In this document: positions 38,360-52,600 of the stretch, one piece after another | Position numbering within the stretch: position 1 is the stretch's first letter | Layout: the number at the start of each line of letters is the position of its first letter | NCBI GenBank assembly: GCA_026770705.1 | Contig: JANJGN010000013.1 | Span: forward strand, 57,598,001 to 57,662,000 | Origin: Isurus oxyrinchus | Lineage: Eukaryota | Direction: 5' to 3' | Length of the DNA: 64,000 nucleotides | Position numbers and translations under genes: made by a program | The notes under the pieces: generated by a model | Told to the model about the DNA's origin: nothing | Seen by the model: the letters and a program-made list of their open reading frames with translations, nothing else | The model's database searches: none

Positions 38360-41300
38360 GTAAGTAACTTACTCTCTGCCTAAATTTATTGCATAAACTG
38401 ACAGGGGCAAAGGAAGCCATCTTAGAAGTGAGACGTGGTCTCCTGACAGCAACCATTTCATGCATTGTTGCACTGACAATGAATTAGGCAAGCCAGCAAG
38501 AAATGGTTTTAATGTAGTGACCCTCAATTAATTTTAACTGAAGGCTTTAAATGACTCAATAGCTATTTTAAAAGGTTTTACAAATTAAAACTCCTCAAAA
38601 ATTATCCTTATTAAAATACATGACACTGCAAATTTGAAAAAGTACAGACTTCTGTTCAGTTCAACATAATTACTGCATCTACTTTACAGCAATGCAATGT
38701 ATAACTGTGTAGTGAAACGTGTGTCTGTAACATCGGATTGCAAGCGGCATGCCTTGGTTTAAAGTAAAAGATTTAACCCTTGATAATTAAACGATCTTAC
38801 ATTATTATTTCACCTTTTGTAAGTATATAACCCAAGCTGTATTATGTTACCTTTTTAAGTCATTACATCTAAATTAGAGTAATTCTTTAGAATCCATCTA
38901 TGGTTATTTATTAAAAGAATGACCTTACAATTTTATAACAATCAGGATAAGTCTGCACCATTGGAATGTTCGTGGCTTTAGTAGCAATAGATAAAGACCA
39001 GACAACTTGCATGAATAGTTGGATACCAGCCCAGAAACAGACAGTTAAGTAAGATGGGCCTCAATTATAATATAAATAAAGAGTTATTGATCAATCCATA
39101 GTTTTATCATAGGGTTGGCTTTTAAACTTATGCAAGTTAATACTAAAGCTCCTACAGGAATTTTGCATTAAAGATTAATCTAAAGCCTTCTTACATACTT
39201 CAAGTAAAAATACAGATGCAAAATGGCAGTAAAGAGTACATTGAAATCTGATTTGAACAAAAGTTCATGCAAATTATATAAAGACATGTGTCCAAAATCA
39301 GATTGAATAATTCATTTCCCTATTATCAAGATTAACTACCGACAAAGGCCAACACCAATTAAGCTAAATTAAAGAATATGTCAGCTTTTTTTTGAAAAGA
39401 TATACTTTATCCATAAAAATATCTGAAGAAGATTACAAAACATTTCAGAATTCCCTCAGAAAAAGTGTAATCATATTCAACTTTTCCAAATAGATCATGA
39501 GGTGCTTCAATATAATCAATGAATATTACAAACATTTCAAAATGGTCATTACAGACAGTTCAATTGTATTCAAGTTATCAACATCAATCATGTTGCACTC
39601 TGAGGTGCTACAATACAATTATGATCCATTTAGTATTCACTGCAACATTCATTGTGAGCCATACAGCCTGAGGGGTCGAGACAATTCCCAGCCCCTCAGT
39701 GCACTATGGCAGACAGGTCTTAGAGAGTGACCTTTCCCCATTGCACCTTTGTGGCTGCTGCCCCAAGCTTTAGTGCATCCCTCAGAAAGTAGCCCTGGAC
39801 CTTGGAATGTGCCAGTCTGCAACACTTGGTCAGGAGCAATAATTTGCACTGGAAGACCAACAAGTTTCGGGCAGACCAAAGAGCATCTTTCACTGAGTTG
39901 ATGATCCTCCAGCTGCAGTTGATGCTTGGCTCAGTGCGTGCCCCTGGGAGCAGCCCATAGAGCACAGAATCGTGTGTCACAGAGCTGCTCCAGATGAACG
40001 TTGACAAACACCATTGCATCTCTCTCCAGATCTTCTTTGCAAAGGCACATTCCACAAGGGGGTGAACAATGGTCTCTTCCCCACCACAGCCACCTCGAGG
40101 GCAATGTGCATAGGGGATGAAACTCCTGGCATGTAGGAAGGGTCTGACGAGGAGGGCTCTCCTCATCACCAGCCAAGCCAAGTCTTGGTGCTTGTTGGAA
40201 AGTTTTGGCAATGAGGCATTCTGCCAAATGACTTTGACAGTCTGCTCAAGGAACCATCCGACAGGATCCATCATCTCCTTTTCCCTCAGGGCCTCTAGGA
40301 CATTATGTGCCGACCACTGCCTGATGGGCTTGTGGTCAAATGTGTTTCTCTGCATAAATTTTTCCACGAGGGGCAGGTGGTAGAGAAAAGTCCAAATACT
40401 TGGAGCGTTCCACAGCAGCATGGCCAGATCCATCTTTTGCAACACTGGGGTCAGGTAGAACCTCAGCACCCAGTGACACTTGGTGTCTGTGTGCCGAGTG
40501 TCTATGCACAGCTTGATGCAGCCACATACAAAGGTGGCCATCAGGATGAGGGCAATGTTGAGTACGTTTTCTGTCCCTTTATTTAGAGGCTAGTACGTCA
40601 TGTCCCTGCAAAAATGATCAATTTTCGATCTCGAGTTAAAGTGAAAGACGGCTCAGGTGATCGCCATTGCGCAGGAGTGAGGAATGGGCCAGACCTGTGC
40701 CACGTACAGCAACACCAGAGTACCTCACATCTGATAACCAAGTTCTTATCTGCAATGGAGAGGAGGCATTGCTCCTACATGCCCAGTTTTCTTTCCACCA
40801 TAGCCACTCACTCCTAATTTCTAATGTGTAACCTGGTCCCTCCAAACCATATCTCCAGCACCTTCAGGCAGTCTGACCTGATGGTGAAGGGGCCAAAGGA
40901 TCGGTCAGTCCAGCTCCCAGAGAATATGGCCTCGCTCTTGCTACAGTTTAGCTTGGCTCCTGAGAGCAGTTCAGACTGGTCACAGATGTTGATTCGTCTG
41001 CACACTGACAGCTGATTTGAGCAGAAGCCGGTGACATTGACCATGTACAGGGAGGCTTTGACTTGAGTGCCTGCTCTGCCTTGGATCGTCACTCCTCTTA
41101 TGCCCAGATCTTTCCTGATGGGCTTAGCAAAGGGTTCTATGCAACACACAAATGAGACAGGGGAGAGAGGGTAGACCTGCCTGACTCCAGGTTTAATTGG
41201 AAAGCTATCTGTTTCCCACCCACTGATTGAAACTGCACTACAGGTGTTTGTGTAGAGCAGTTGGATCCCATTAGAAATTCCCTCTCGAAACCCCATTTTG

Positions 41301-43573
41301 GACAGCACATCCACTATGTAGGTGTGCAATACTCTGTCAAAGGCCTTTTCTTGGTCCAGGCTGATGAAACAGGTGTCCACTCTCCTCTCCCACACATAGG
41401 CAATCATAGCCCTGAGTAGTGTGAATCTGTCAGAGATCTTCATGCCAGGTACAGCGCAGGACTGGTCAGGGTGGTTCACTAACTCCAGAGCAGACTTGAC
41501 CCAATTGGGGATGGCCTTGGACAGAATCTTATAGTCCACATTCAACAGTGAGATGGGTCAACAATTTCCAATTTTCTCGCTTTCCTCGTTCTGCTTATAG
41601 ATGAGGGTGATGATGCCTTTCCTCATGGATTCTGACATACTGCCGGCCAGGAGCATACTCTCATACACTTTTAGCAGTTCTGGGCCAATTGAACCCCACA
41701 GAGCTGAATACAACACAACCAGCCAGCCATTACTTCTGGCAGTTTTACTCTTCTCAAAGGACTCAAGGGCCTTAGTCAGTTTGTCAGGAGTTAGCGGTTT
41801 GTCCAAAGTCTCTCCAATACTGTCATCTAAGACCTCCATGATAGAGGGCAGGAGGGGCTGGGAAGCCATGCTGCCTGTGGGCTTCACGTCTTACAACCTG
41901 GCACAAAAGGATTTGCTGATCCTCAAATTGTCAGACTGCGATGACTTTACTGAGCCGTCTTCTTCCTTCAGGCTGCTGATCACAGAGCTCTCTGTGTGCA
42001 CCTTTTGGAAGAAGAAAGGTGAACACGTCTTATCCTGATCCGCAGGGACGTCACTGGACTGGAAGATTATCTTGGAGGCATCTAAGGCAAAGATCAAGGC
42101 TTGCTGGCCCTTCACCTCTTGGAGTTTCTCCTTGAAATTGACCCCCATCGACTGCTGCCAGAGCAGGTTCTGCATGTTCTTCTGGAATCAGAACATTTCC
42201 CTCTGTTCTTTTCTTGCTTTCTGGACACCTTTGAGGATGAGAAATTTCTTGATGTTCTCCTTGATCGCTTCCCACCATGTGTCAGGGACTCAAGGAATGG
42301 TTTCACAGTTCACCAACCTTTGTAATCCCTCTTGAATTCCTCAATGTTCTCTGGGGTCAACAGTTGCACATTCAGCTTCCATGTCCCCCTGCCAACCCTC
42401 TGGTCTTTCTGGAAGTGACAATCAGCTAGTAGGAGACAGTGGTCAGAGAAGAACACCGGCTTGACGTTGGTGGGCCTAACTGTGAATGCAGAGGACACAA
42501 ACAGGAAGTGAATCCTGGAACGGCTGGACCCGTCTGGCCGTGACCAGGTGCATCTATTCTGCACTTAATCCACAGAGTTGCTGAAGGCGTCGTGCAGTTT
42601 GGCATCCTTTACTATTTCCATCAAGAGTCTGGACGTGGAGTCCAGTCTGCTGTCGACACTGCCCGATCGTCCAGCTGCGTGGATGATGCAGTTGAAGTCA
42701 CCGCCCAGGATGACCAGCCCGGAAGTCCCCGGAAGCAGTGGGAGCTGTTGAAGGACAGCCAGCCGTTCGCTGTTTTGAGCTGGGGCATATGCATTAATAA
42801 ACTGGAGCGGAGCATTCTTGTATAATACGTCTGCTGCGAGGAGACGCCCGCCCACCACCTTCTTAACCTCAGAGGCGATGAAGTTGGCTCCCCGCAGCAG
42901 AATACCCAGGCCAGAGGAACGTGAATCGTTTCCAGCCGACCAGATCGATGGCCCATGGGGCCACCATCGTGACCATTTCCTCTAGGGGCTGAGTGCGGTA
43001 TCGCACAGTCCTGCAGAATATGTCAGTGAATCAATGGTTGACAGAACCTCGTTACCACGAGAAAGGTTTTGCAGCTTCTCTAGTGGTTATCAACCCCCAT
43101 CTCGAGAGACACCTTTTGTTCGCCGTTGTCTGACAAAGGATGCTTGTCCGGAAGAAGGGGATGCTTGCATAGTCCTCGTTAACCAACTGAAAGTCTTCAA
43201 GGGCTGTTGGAAGTGATACACAAGCTGATGTTTCTTCCTGGCCTATGTGTCTAAAAATTAGACTCGTCTAGAGAGAAGACAGAGAATGATTCCAATTACA
43301 GACACATGTTCTGTGTATTAAAACTGAGAGAATTTATTTGTGTAGAAGCATTATTCTTATACATTTGGACTTAACTAATTCTGTAATAAAACCTTGCACT
43401 AATTTATATTTCGCTTCGCATAAAACGTCGATGAATTTACTATCCGAAGAGTCTTGCCTTATTCGGTGGGTTTAAGTCTCGTTCGAACCTGAGAGTGAAA
43501 AATAATTTTTGGTGAATTGGGATGATTCCAAATGGGCATCCATCCAAACATTCTTGCAGATTGGCGGCCACGA
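38360..43573 (+). mobile_element. Possible long LTR remnant with PBS, interrupted by the L1 element
   Basis: TGTAAG at 38360, AATAAA at 43385, ..TTGCA near 43558, then TGGCGGCCACGA (43562-43573), which resembles a tRNA primer-binding site. No second LTR or pol seen. Confidence 0.3.
39385..43014 (-). mobile_element. L1/Tx1-clade LINE, ORF2 nearly complete, decayed
   Basis: APE motifs (INAYAP, GGDFNC, SDH), RT (SLDQEKAFDRV, GVRQ..PLSP), C-terminal CPRGGCGGEETIVHPLVEC, poly-A end. 12-bp TSD agaatatgtcag (39373-39384 and 43015-43026). Confidence 0.93.
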
Positions 43574-44199
43574 TATCGGGGGCGGGATAAAAGAATTGAT
43601 ATCCAGATAACTGAATTTAAAATCTGTAAAAAGAGAATTGGTGTTTTAAGCCGTTGGTGCAACTGCTTTGACCTTGAAAGAGACAGAAAGAGAGAATGGA
43701 ACCAGAGATCTACTCTTGGTGCATCCGTCACTGAACTGAGCAAACAGAATAGTTCAGCAGCCCGAAATGCTGCTGCTGCGTCGACTGATGTGTCAGCGCT
43801 GCAGATAAACCCAATTGCTGTACCCGAGTCTTCCCCCACCATCACCGCCACCCACTGACAGAAAACTAAGTTGTTAACTCATAGCTGTCTGGTTTTAAGT
43901 GTACTGTTACGTTTAATGTGGGTATACCTTGTACTTAAATTGATTTAAGCGCGGTAAAAGGTTCTGAGAGAAAGAGATTAGACAACAATACTGACAAATA
44001 CTGTTCTGTATTAGAACAGCTTGGTCCCTAAAGCAGCACCACGCCACGTTGGCGTGCAAAGGCTCTGGAAGAACCAACAGGAAAAACGTGGACAGTTAAA
44101 CCAAGATAAACACAAGTTTATATATCACGATGAGAAAATCCAGGCAACCGAAATTTGTTAGCACGAAACCCATTTCACCCCAACACAAAGAGAAGTTGG

Positions 44200-45710
44200 A
44201 CTACAGGTCTGGTCCAGCAGAGATGGCTGAAAGGGATATTGGATGCATTGGTTGTGGTCTTCCAAAATTCCATAAATTCTGGAATAGTGCCTGCAGATCG
44301 GAAAGTAGCAAATGTATCGCCACTTTTTTAAGAAAGAAGGGAGAGAGAAAACTGGAACTACAGACCTATACTCCTGGCATCAGTTGCCGGGAAATGCTAG
44401 AATCTACTACATCGAATATGATAATTGGGCACTTTGAAAATGGTGGTAGGATTGGGCAGAATCAAACATCAAGCTTGATAAACCTGTTCGAGTTTTTTGA
44501 GGACATGACTGGCAGAACAGACAAAGGGGAAGTGGTGGGTGTAGTGTATTTGGATTTTCTGAAGACTTTTGATGAGGTCCCACGCAGGAGGTTAGTAAGC
44601 ATAAATAGAGTACATGGTATTGGATGCCATATACTGGCATGGATTGAGAATTAGTTAACCGACAAAATACAGAGCAGGAATGAACGGTTCATTCTCAGGT
44701 TCGCAGGCTATGACTAGTGGGGTACCGCAAGGATCGGTGCTTGGTCCCCAGCCATTCACAATCTGTGTCAATCAGTTGGATGTAGGGGCCAAATGTAATA
44801 TTTCCAAGTTTGCTGTAGGTGAGAATGAGTTGTGAGGAGGATGCAAAGAGACTTCAAGACAGGTTAAGTGACAGGGCAAGAACATGGCGGACGGCGTATA
44901 ATGTGGAACAAAAGTGAAGTTATCCATTTTGGTGGGATAATCAGAAATGCAGACTACTTATAAATGTTGAGAGATGGGAATGTGTTAATGTCCAAAGGTA
45001 TCTAGATATCCGTGTTCATAATTCACTGGCAGCCAGCATGCATGTGCAGCAAGCCATTAGGGAGGCAAGTGGTATGACGGCCTTTATTGCAAGAGAATTT
45101 GAGTACAGGGGTAAAGAAGTTGCAGAATTGCATAATGCCTTGGTGAGACTGCATATGGATTATTGTGTATAGTTTTGGTCTCCTTACTCAAGGAAGAATA
45201 TATTTGCCATGGAGAGAATGCAACGAATGTTCATCAGACAGGCTCCTGGGTGGCGGCATTATCCTCTGAGGAAAGACTGAGGGGTCTGGTCCTGTATTCT
45301 CTAGAATTTAGAAGAATGAGAGGTGACCTCATCGAAGTATAAAAATTGTTGCATGCCTGGACAGCGTATATGCAGGAAAGATTTTTGCCCTTGCTTGGGC
45401 TGGGGGATGGGTTGCTATTCTGGAACCAGGGGACACAGTTTCAAAACAAAGGGCAGGCCAATTAGGACTGAGATGAGGGGGAATTTCTTCCCTCAGACGG
45501 TGGTGAACGTTTGGAATTCTCGATCGCAGAGCGTTGTGGAGTATGCTGAGAACAGGAATCCATAGATTTCTTGATATTAAAGCTTTCAAGCAACATGGTA
45601 ATAGTGCAGGAAAATGGTGTTGAGCAGAAGCTCAGCCATGATCCAGTTGAATGGTTGAGCAGGCTCGAGTGGCCAGGTGGCCTACCCCTGTTCCCAATTC
45701 CTATGCTCTT
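44200..45710 (+). mobile_element. CR1-clade LINE 3' part, decayed
   Basis: [37 protein letters not shown]. Confidence 0.85.
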
Positions 45711-45789
45711 TTGCATCAGAATATAAAAATCAACATATTTTCTAACTGCTGAGACATCAGGGATTATGGATGAGCAAAGGGATTTTGGT

Positions 45790-48780
45790 TTTTGGGATGT
45801 CAATGCCGCTGACAAGGCCAGCATTTAATGCCTAACCCCTTGAAAAGGAAGTGAAGAGCTGTCTTCGTGAACCTCTGCAATCAATGTTGTTTAGATACAG
45901 CCACAGTGATATTAGGGAGGAAGTTTCTAGGTTTTGACCGAGGAACAGTGAAGGAACAGCGGTATAGCTCCAAGACTGGAAGGTGTGAGAAATGCAGGTG
46001 TTGGTGCTCCCATGCCCCTGCATGCCCTCTTTTCCTGGGCTGCAGAGGTCACAGATTGGGACGCTGTATTCAAAGAAAAATTGGCGAGTTGTTGCAGTGC
46101 ATTTTGTAGATGGTACACGCTGTTCCCACTGCCTGTTGGCACCAGAGGGTGTAAATATTTAAGGTCATATATTGAATGCCAATCCAGCAAGCCGTTTTAT
46201 TCTGGTAATGTCGAGCGTCTTGATTGTTGTTGGAGTTGCATTGAACCAGGCAAGTGGTGGATATTCCATCACATTCCTGACTTGTACCTTGTAGATTCTG
46301 GACAGGCTTTGGGAAGTCAGGAGGCAAGCAAGTCACCGCGGATCACCGAACCTCTGAAGTGCTTTAAAAAGCCACAGCATTTATATAGTATAGTCTGGTC
46401 AATGGTAACCCACCTGACATTGATGGTGGGGCATTCACCAATGGCAATACTGTTGAATGTCAAGGAAAGATGGCTAGATTTTCTCTTGTCGGGTAATGGT
46501 CATTTCTTGCTTTTGCAGAGCACGAACATCACTTGCCACTTATCAGCCCAAACCTGAATCTTACCCAGGTACTGGTGCATGTGGAATTGCATAGCTTCAG
46601 TTTCTCAGGAGCTACAAATGGTACTGAACACTTTGCAATATCCCACCTTCTGACTTTATGCTGGAGGAGGGTCATTAACGAAGCAGCTTAAGATGGTTAA
46701 CCGAGGGCACTATCCTGATGGACTACTGTACCCATGTCCTGGAGCTTTGGTAACTGGCATCCCATAACCACAAACATCATACTTTGTATTAGGTGTGATT
46801 CAATCAGCGGAGAGCTTCCTCCCAATTCCCATTGACTTCCGTTATGCTTGAGCTCCTTGAAGCAACACCTTGTCCAATGCTGCCTTCACATTAGGTCAGT
46901 CACTTTCACTTCACCTCTAGAATTCATCTCTTTTGTAAATGTTTGGACCAGAACTGTAATGAGGCCTCAGCTGAGGGGCCTCAGAAGACTCCAAACGGAG
47001 CATCAGTGAACAGATTGTTCAAGTATAAGCACCACTTGATCGCACTGCCGACGATACATTCCATCACTTTGCTGATGATTGAGTGTAGACTGATGTGGTG
47101 CTAATTTGTCTGATTGGATATGTCGAGCTTTTTGTTGACAGGACATCCTTGGGAAATTTTCCTCAATGCCGGGTAGATAACCGTGTTTTCGCTGTACGCA
47201 TACAACATGGCTGAAGGGCGTGCTCATTATTGAGCACAGTTTATGGTGTGTATTCTTTGCTGTATTCCGTGCCTTCAGCTTTCTTGATATCATGTGGAGT
47301 GCATTGAATTTCTTGAAGATTACCATCTATGACTGCAGGAACCTCAGAAGTACGCCAAGATGGGTCAGCCACTCGGCACTTCTGGCTGATAATGGTTGAA
47401 AATGCCTCAGTCATGTATTTTACATTGACTTGCTGTGCTCCGCCACCATTGAGGATTGAGACATTTTTGCAGTATCCTCCTCCAGTTAGTTTTTGAATTG
47501 TCCATCACCAACTACAACTGGGGGCGGCACTGAAGAAGAGCTTTGATCTGACTAGCTGGAAGTGGAATCACTTAACGCTGTGTAAAGCAGGCTTCTTCCA
47601 TTTTTCTGGATGTATGTAATCCAGTGTTGCTGCTTCACCAGTTTGGCATCCCGTTTTTAGTTCCACTTGGTGTTGCTCCTGACCAACACCCCTCATCAAA
47701 CTGGAAGTTGGCTCCTGGCTCCATAGTAAAGGCAAAGTGAGTGATATGACGTGCCATGAGGTTATATATTGTGGTTAAATAAAATTCTGCTGCTGATGAT
47801 GATTACAGTACCTCATGGATGACCAGGTTTGAGATACCAGATTTGCACTTGTCTATCCCATTTACAACTATGATAGTGCCACACAAAACAAGGGACGGAA
47901 TCCTCAATGTTAAGATGGGTATTTGTCTCCGACAAAGACACAGCAAGAACTGTGCAATGGTCAACGTCAGTGCTTTGCATTGTTAATGTGAACTGGAGTT
48001 CACCCCATCAATTCTGCTCCGCCATTCAATTAGATCGTGACTGTTCATCTGCTCAATGCCACTTTCCTGCACCATTTCCACAGCCCTTGATGTCATTAGT
48101 CTCCAGGAATCTATCGATTATTGTCGTGAACATACTTAATGACTGAGCTTTCACAGCCATCCAAAGATTCACACCCTGCCAGTGAAGAAATTCCTCCTCT
48201 TCTCAGTCCAAAATGGCCTACCCCTTATTCTGAGATTATGCCCCCTGCTTCTAGGCTCACCAGTCATGGGACATTTTCACTATTACCAATACAGTCAAGA
48301 ACAGATGCTTCTGTGACTCGTGGATTGTCCAGGATGAGATCAAGCAGGTTTTCCTGATCTCCGGTTCTGCCAGCCTGACTGCCAGATAGGTCCTTCAGGA
48401 AACAGACAGCTCGGTCAGCAGTGGTTCCACTGGGCCACTCTTGGTGATGAACATTGAAGTCCCCAATCCAGATTACATTTGTGCATTTGCTGTACTTAAT
48501 GCTACTTCCAAGTGGTGTACAGCATGGAGAAGTACTGATTCATGAGCGAGCACAGAAGGTGGTTATCTACAGGAGGTTTCTCAGCCCATGTTCGACCTGA
48601 TGCCATGTGCCTGTTGAGGATTTCCAGGGCCAATAGGTCCTGACTGCATACCACTGTGCCTCTAGGTCTTCTGGGTCTGTCCTGCAAGTGGAGCATGGCA
48701 TGCCCAGGGTTGATCTAGAATCCTGCGACATTAGTTCTAAGTTATGATTCAGTGAGCATGACTATGTCAAGCTGTTGCTC
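45790..48780 (-). mobile_element. Highly decayed LINE fragments of a second family (CR1/L2 group)
   Basis: Minus-strand WIGDFNVHHQEW endonuclease motif (about 48440-48470). 3' tail near 45800-45860 resembles the SINE tail. Related pieces at 31850-32900 and 53840-56500. Confidence 0.55.
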
Positions 48781-49659
48781 GACTTGTCTGTGCCCATGCA
48801 CGCTCATTGCTAAAGCTGAAACACAGGTACAGAAAATAGTCAAACAGCAGAATGGAATTCTGGCCTTTATCTCAAGGGGGCCGTAACCAAAGAAGTTTGA
48901 ACAATTGCTTCATTTGTGGAGAATCCTGCCTAGATCCCATCTGGACTCCTATGAACAGAAACTTAGGAATGATATACTAGCTTGGCTGGAATACTGAACC
49001 GATTTGCCAGTGCTGTGACAGTTTTAAAAGAGTCCATATCTGAGGACAGATGGCTTCAAATTGTTTTTTTCTTAAGTTGAAACGCTTGAGGGATGATTTC
49101 ATTTAGTTATTGAAAATATTAAATGTGTTTGAAAGAGTGGATTCAGGGGATCTAACTCTTCCCATGGGGGAATCCAAAATAAGAGGATGTAATCTTAAAA
49201 TTAGCGCTAGACCATTTGGAAATGACATCGGGCATCATTTTTCATACAAAATTGAGTGGTGCCCTGGAACGTATGCAATCAAACGGCAGAGAAAACGGGA
49301 TCAAGGGAACCTTTCACTCTAACCTTGGATAGATTATTCTTAGACAAGGATTTCAAGGAACATCGAACAAATGTTCCATAGACCTGAGAAACAGGTCAGC
49401 CTTGACCCACTTGAAATAAAAATGGAAAATGATGGAAACGCTCAACAGCTGCGGAGACAGGAGCAAAGTTAATAGTTAAAGTCAATGACTCCAATGACCC
49501 GAGAAAGGTGGGCGCTGCTGAGGCCGAAAGGCGAACGTGAGAGTGCCACAGAAATGGAGGCATCATTGGAAACTTCATTAAAATTCCAAAACCTGAGGGA
49601 CCAGAAGCCATTATGACCATTGAATTGGAGGGGAAACCCCTCCGGAAGATTCTTTATAC

Positions 49660-52600
49660 CTGCAAAGTCTTCCTCTCTAACACGTGGGCTTGGTTTCAAA
49701 AATGGGAGAGCTGTCCCACAGACCAGTCAAGCAGCAGCCTGACATATTCATACTCACAGAATCACACCATTCAGTCCATACTGTTTCAGACCCCTCATTC
49801 ACCATCACAGTCACAGGGAGGAAGACCCACTAGATGTGATGGCAGAATCGTGTACATTCAGAATAGTGCGGCCCTGAGGGTCCTGAAATTGACCCTGTTC
49901 CCCAATAGGTCAAATATTGGCAAGGAAATCTCCTGCTGAATGTCACCCAACGAGCTCACTCTCATAATGAATCACTACTCCTTCACGTGAAGCACCTCTT
50001 GGAAGAAACACTGAGTGCAGAAACGGCACAGAATGCACTTTGGGAAACTTCAATGTCCATCACCAAACATGTTTCGGCAGCGCTACCCCTGACTGAGCTG
50101 GTGAAGTTCTGAAGGATATAGCTCCCACGGGCCCTATCACGTTACCACTATGCCACCGCCTCCCTCTTTCTAGTTGTCTCTCGGGTCAAATGATTAAATA
50201 ATCCAATAGCTCTTGAATTACATGGAATAATGTGAATTCAGGTTCGTCATAAGCAATCTTTATTAATCGCTTAATTCTTGCTCTGCTCGTCAACTTGACT
50301 GATCGACAATAAAAACAGAAATACTCAACAGGTCAGGCAGCGTCTGTGAAGAGAGAAACGGAGTTAACATTTCATGTCACTGGCCTGTTATCATGTTGCT
50401 TTTGAATGAGCCACAGTGCGATATTGTTCACATCTCCCAGAAATTGCCAGCTCACCACCACCTTCTCAAGGGCAATTAGGGATGGGCAATAAATGTTACT
50501 CCAGCCAGCGATTCCCACGTCCGATCAATGAATTAAAAATAACAGTAACTTCACGGTTTAATTAACGCAGGAATACTATAGCGAAGTTTACAACAAAAGC
50601 TGCTCTCTAGAAGCTTAACATGCCAGGTAGCGATGGAATGTTAACCAAAGACCCAGCTTTAAGTTTATACATTACACCTTGAGTTTCTGTATATTTTTAG
50701 ACACAAAGTTATTCCTACCTCTATCTATCTCTAAGCGCTGACAATAGGATGGAATTCAACGCCTTAGTTCTCCCTTTAAGAGTTTTTAGGTGTGTCGCTG
50801 TCAGCTTGTCTCCATGAACAGACCAACGTCTGAATTGCGCCAGGAAAACATTTGCATCATACTTGGTTTCCCTATTACAATGGGTGTTGTGATTGCCGTG
50901 GCTGAATAGGAGATCCAGGCAAATCCGCTTCCAACAAAATCAGAATTACCTGGAAAAACTCAGCAGGTCTGGCAGCATCGGCGGAGAAGAAAAGAGTTGA
51001 TGGTTCCAGTCCTCATACTTCTTCAACAGAAGTCAACTCTTTTCTTCTCCGCCGATGCTGCCAGACCTGCTGAGTTTTTCCAGGTAATTCTGTTTTTGTT
51101 TTGGATTTCCAGCATCCGCAGTTTTTTGTTTTTATCTCCGCTTCCAACAAGCCTTGTGTATTTTAAAATCCTTATTTGACCTGTAATTGCATTAGAAACC
51201 AGCCTTGCGGAATGAATTCCATATTCAGGTTTTGCCTCTTTGATCTTAAGTAGAACACTTCAAGATGCGCCAACAGATGTTCAGCCTGTCTGTTGGAACA
51301 TCTGCCCGTGCCTTACAGCGTGTTCACACTGATCTGATCAAAACTTCAATTTATCGGCGTAAATCCCGCAGCTTTGCACAATGAATTCCTTTGTGCGTGA
51401 ATTCTTTTCTGTCCAATGCTACCGTACAAATAATAATTGATAACTTTTAAAATGTGACTAAATAGTGAGATTTTACTTGTGACATTTTGCATGTTGTACG
51501 TAAAGTCATTAAAGAGTAATCTAATCTATTTATTGAAAATGACTAATGCGTTCGATCGGTGAAATAGAGAAAATATATTTCCCATGATGAATCAAAATCA
51601 AGTTTAATATTGCAGCTAGTTAAATTACGACTGATACACTCATTGTGTGACAATATGGAACATATTCCGTTACAGAGCGATGGATGCTGGGTCAACTGAA
51701 GCTTTTAAGACTGAGGTAGATAGGTTTTATTAGGTGAGGTTTATCACGGAATATGGAACACAGGCCGGTAAATGGACTTGAGGCACAGGTCAGCTCTGAT
51801 CGAATTGAATTGCTGTAACAGACTGGAGTGACTGAATCGTCTCACTCATGTTGCTATGCTTCTATTGGGAGAAATTTATTTATCCAGAGAGCGTCGAGAA
51901 TGTGGAATTCACTTTCACATGGAATGGTTGAGGCTCGTAGCCCTGATACATTGAAGGGGAATCTTGTTTCTTAAGTGAGAAAGAATTGGACAAGGATATA
52001 TGGAGACAGGGCGGGAAGAAGGAATTACAGTGGACGGACGCTTGTGTGGAGTGGGAACATGGCATAGACCATTTGGGCCGAATGGTTTGCTTCTACGCCA
52101 TGGATACTAAAGAGTGACCAGCATCACACTGCATTTGTTCACACGAATTCACGTCATGTTGACTTCAAATATATTGAAAAAAGGAAGATTGAGAATTTGC
52201 CTCAATCCCAATTACTGGTTTTACACAGTTTTTCATCCCTATTTGACACAAATCAAAAATGTCTTCATTGAATTTTCATTAATCTACTTGTATTTTCCAG
52301 TTATGGTAGGGCAACAAATAATTTTGTTTCGAATCGCTGGAGTTGGACCCCCATTGAAAGAGATGTCCCAGCAGTGACGCTGTTTTTTTTTAAAGTCAAA
52401 GAATACGAGTGTTGTGTTCAATCAGGGGGTACATGAATAAATTTAAGTAATGGACAGCTACTGACGCACTCTGTTTTCTGGAGGAGGGTGGTTTGCAGAT
52501 GAGAGCAATCATTGACACTGAAGTCCAGCAGTACGCCTCCTGTAAAATACAAAGTATTAACAAGCAGCCGTTTGAACATCGAAGAGTGCAATGAAACAGC

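Noticed and set aside
43532-43858. 108-aa ORF near the putative PBS
   Set aside because: No recognisable gag or cellular motif, so a CDS call is unsupported.
49515-49550. CTGCTGAGGCCGAAAGGCGAAC, resembling a hammerhead core
   Set aside because: Has GAAC instead of GAAA and no NUH triplet next to a stem I partner. Probably chance.
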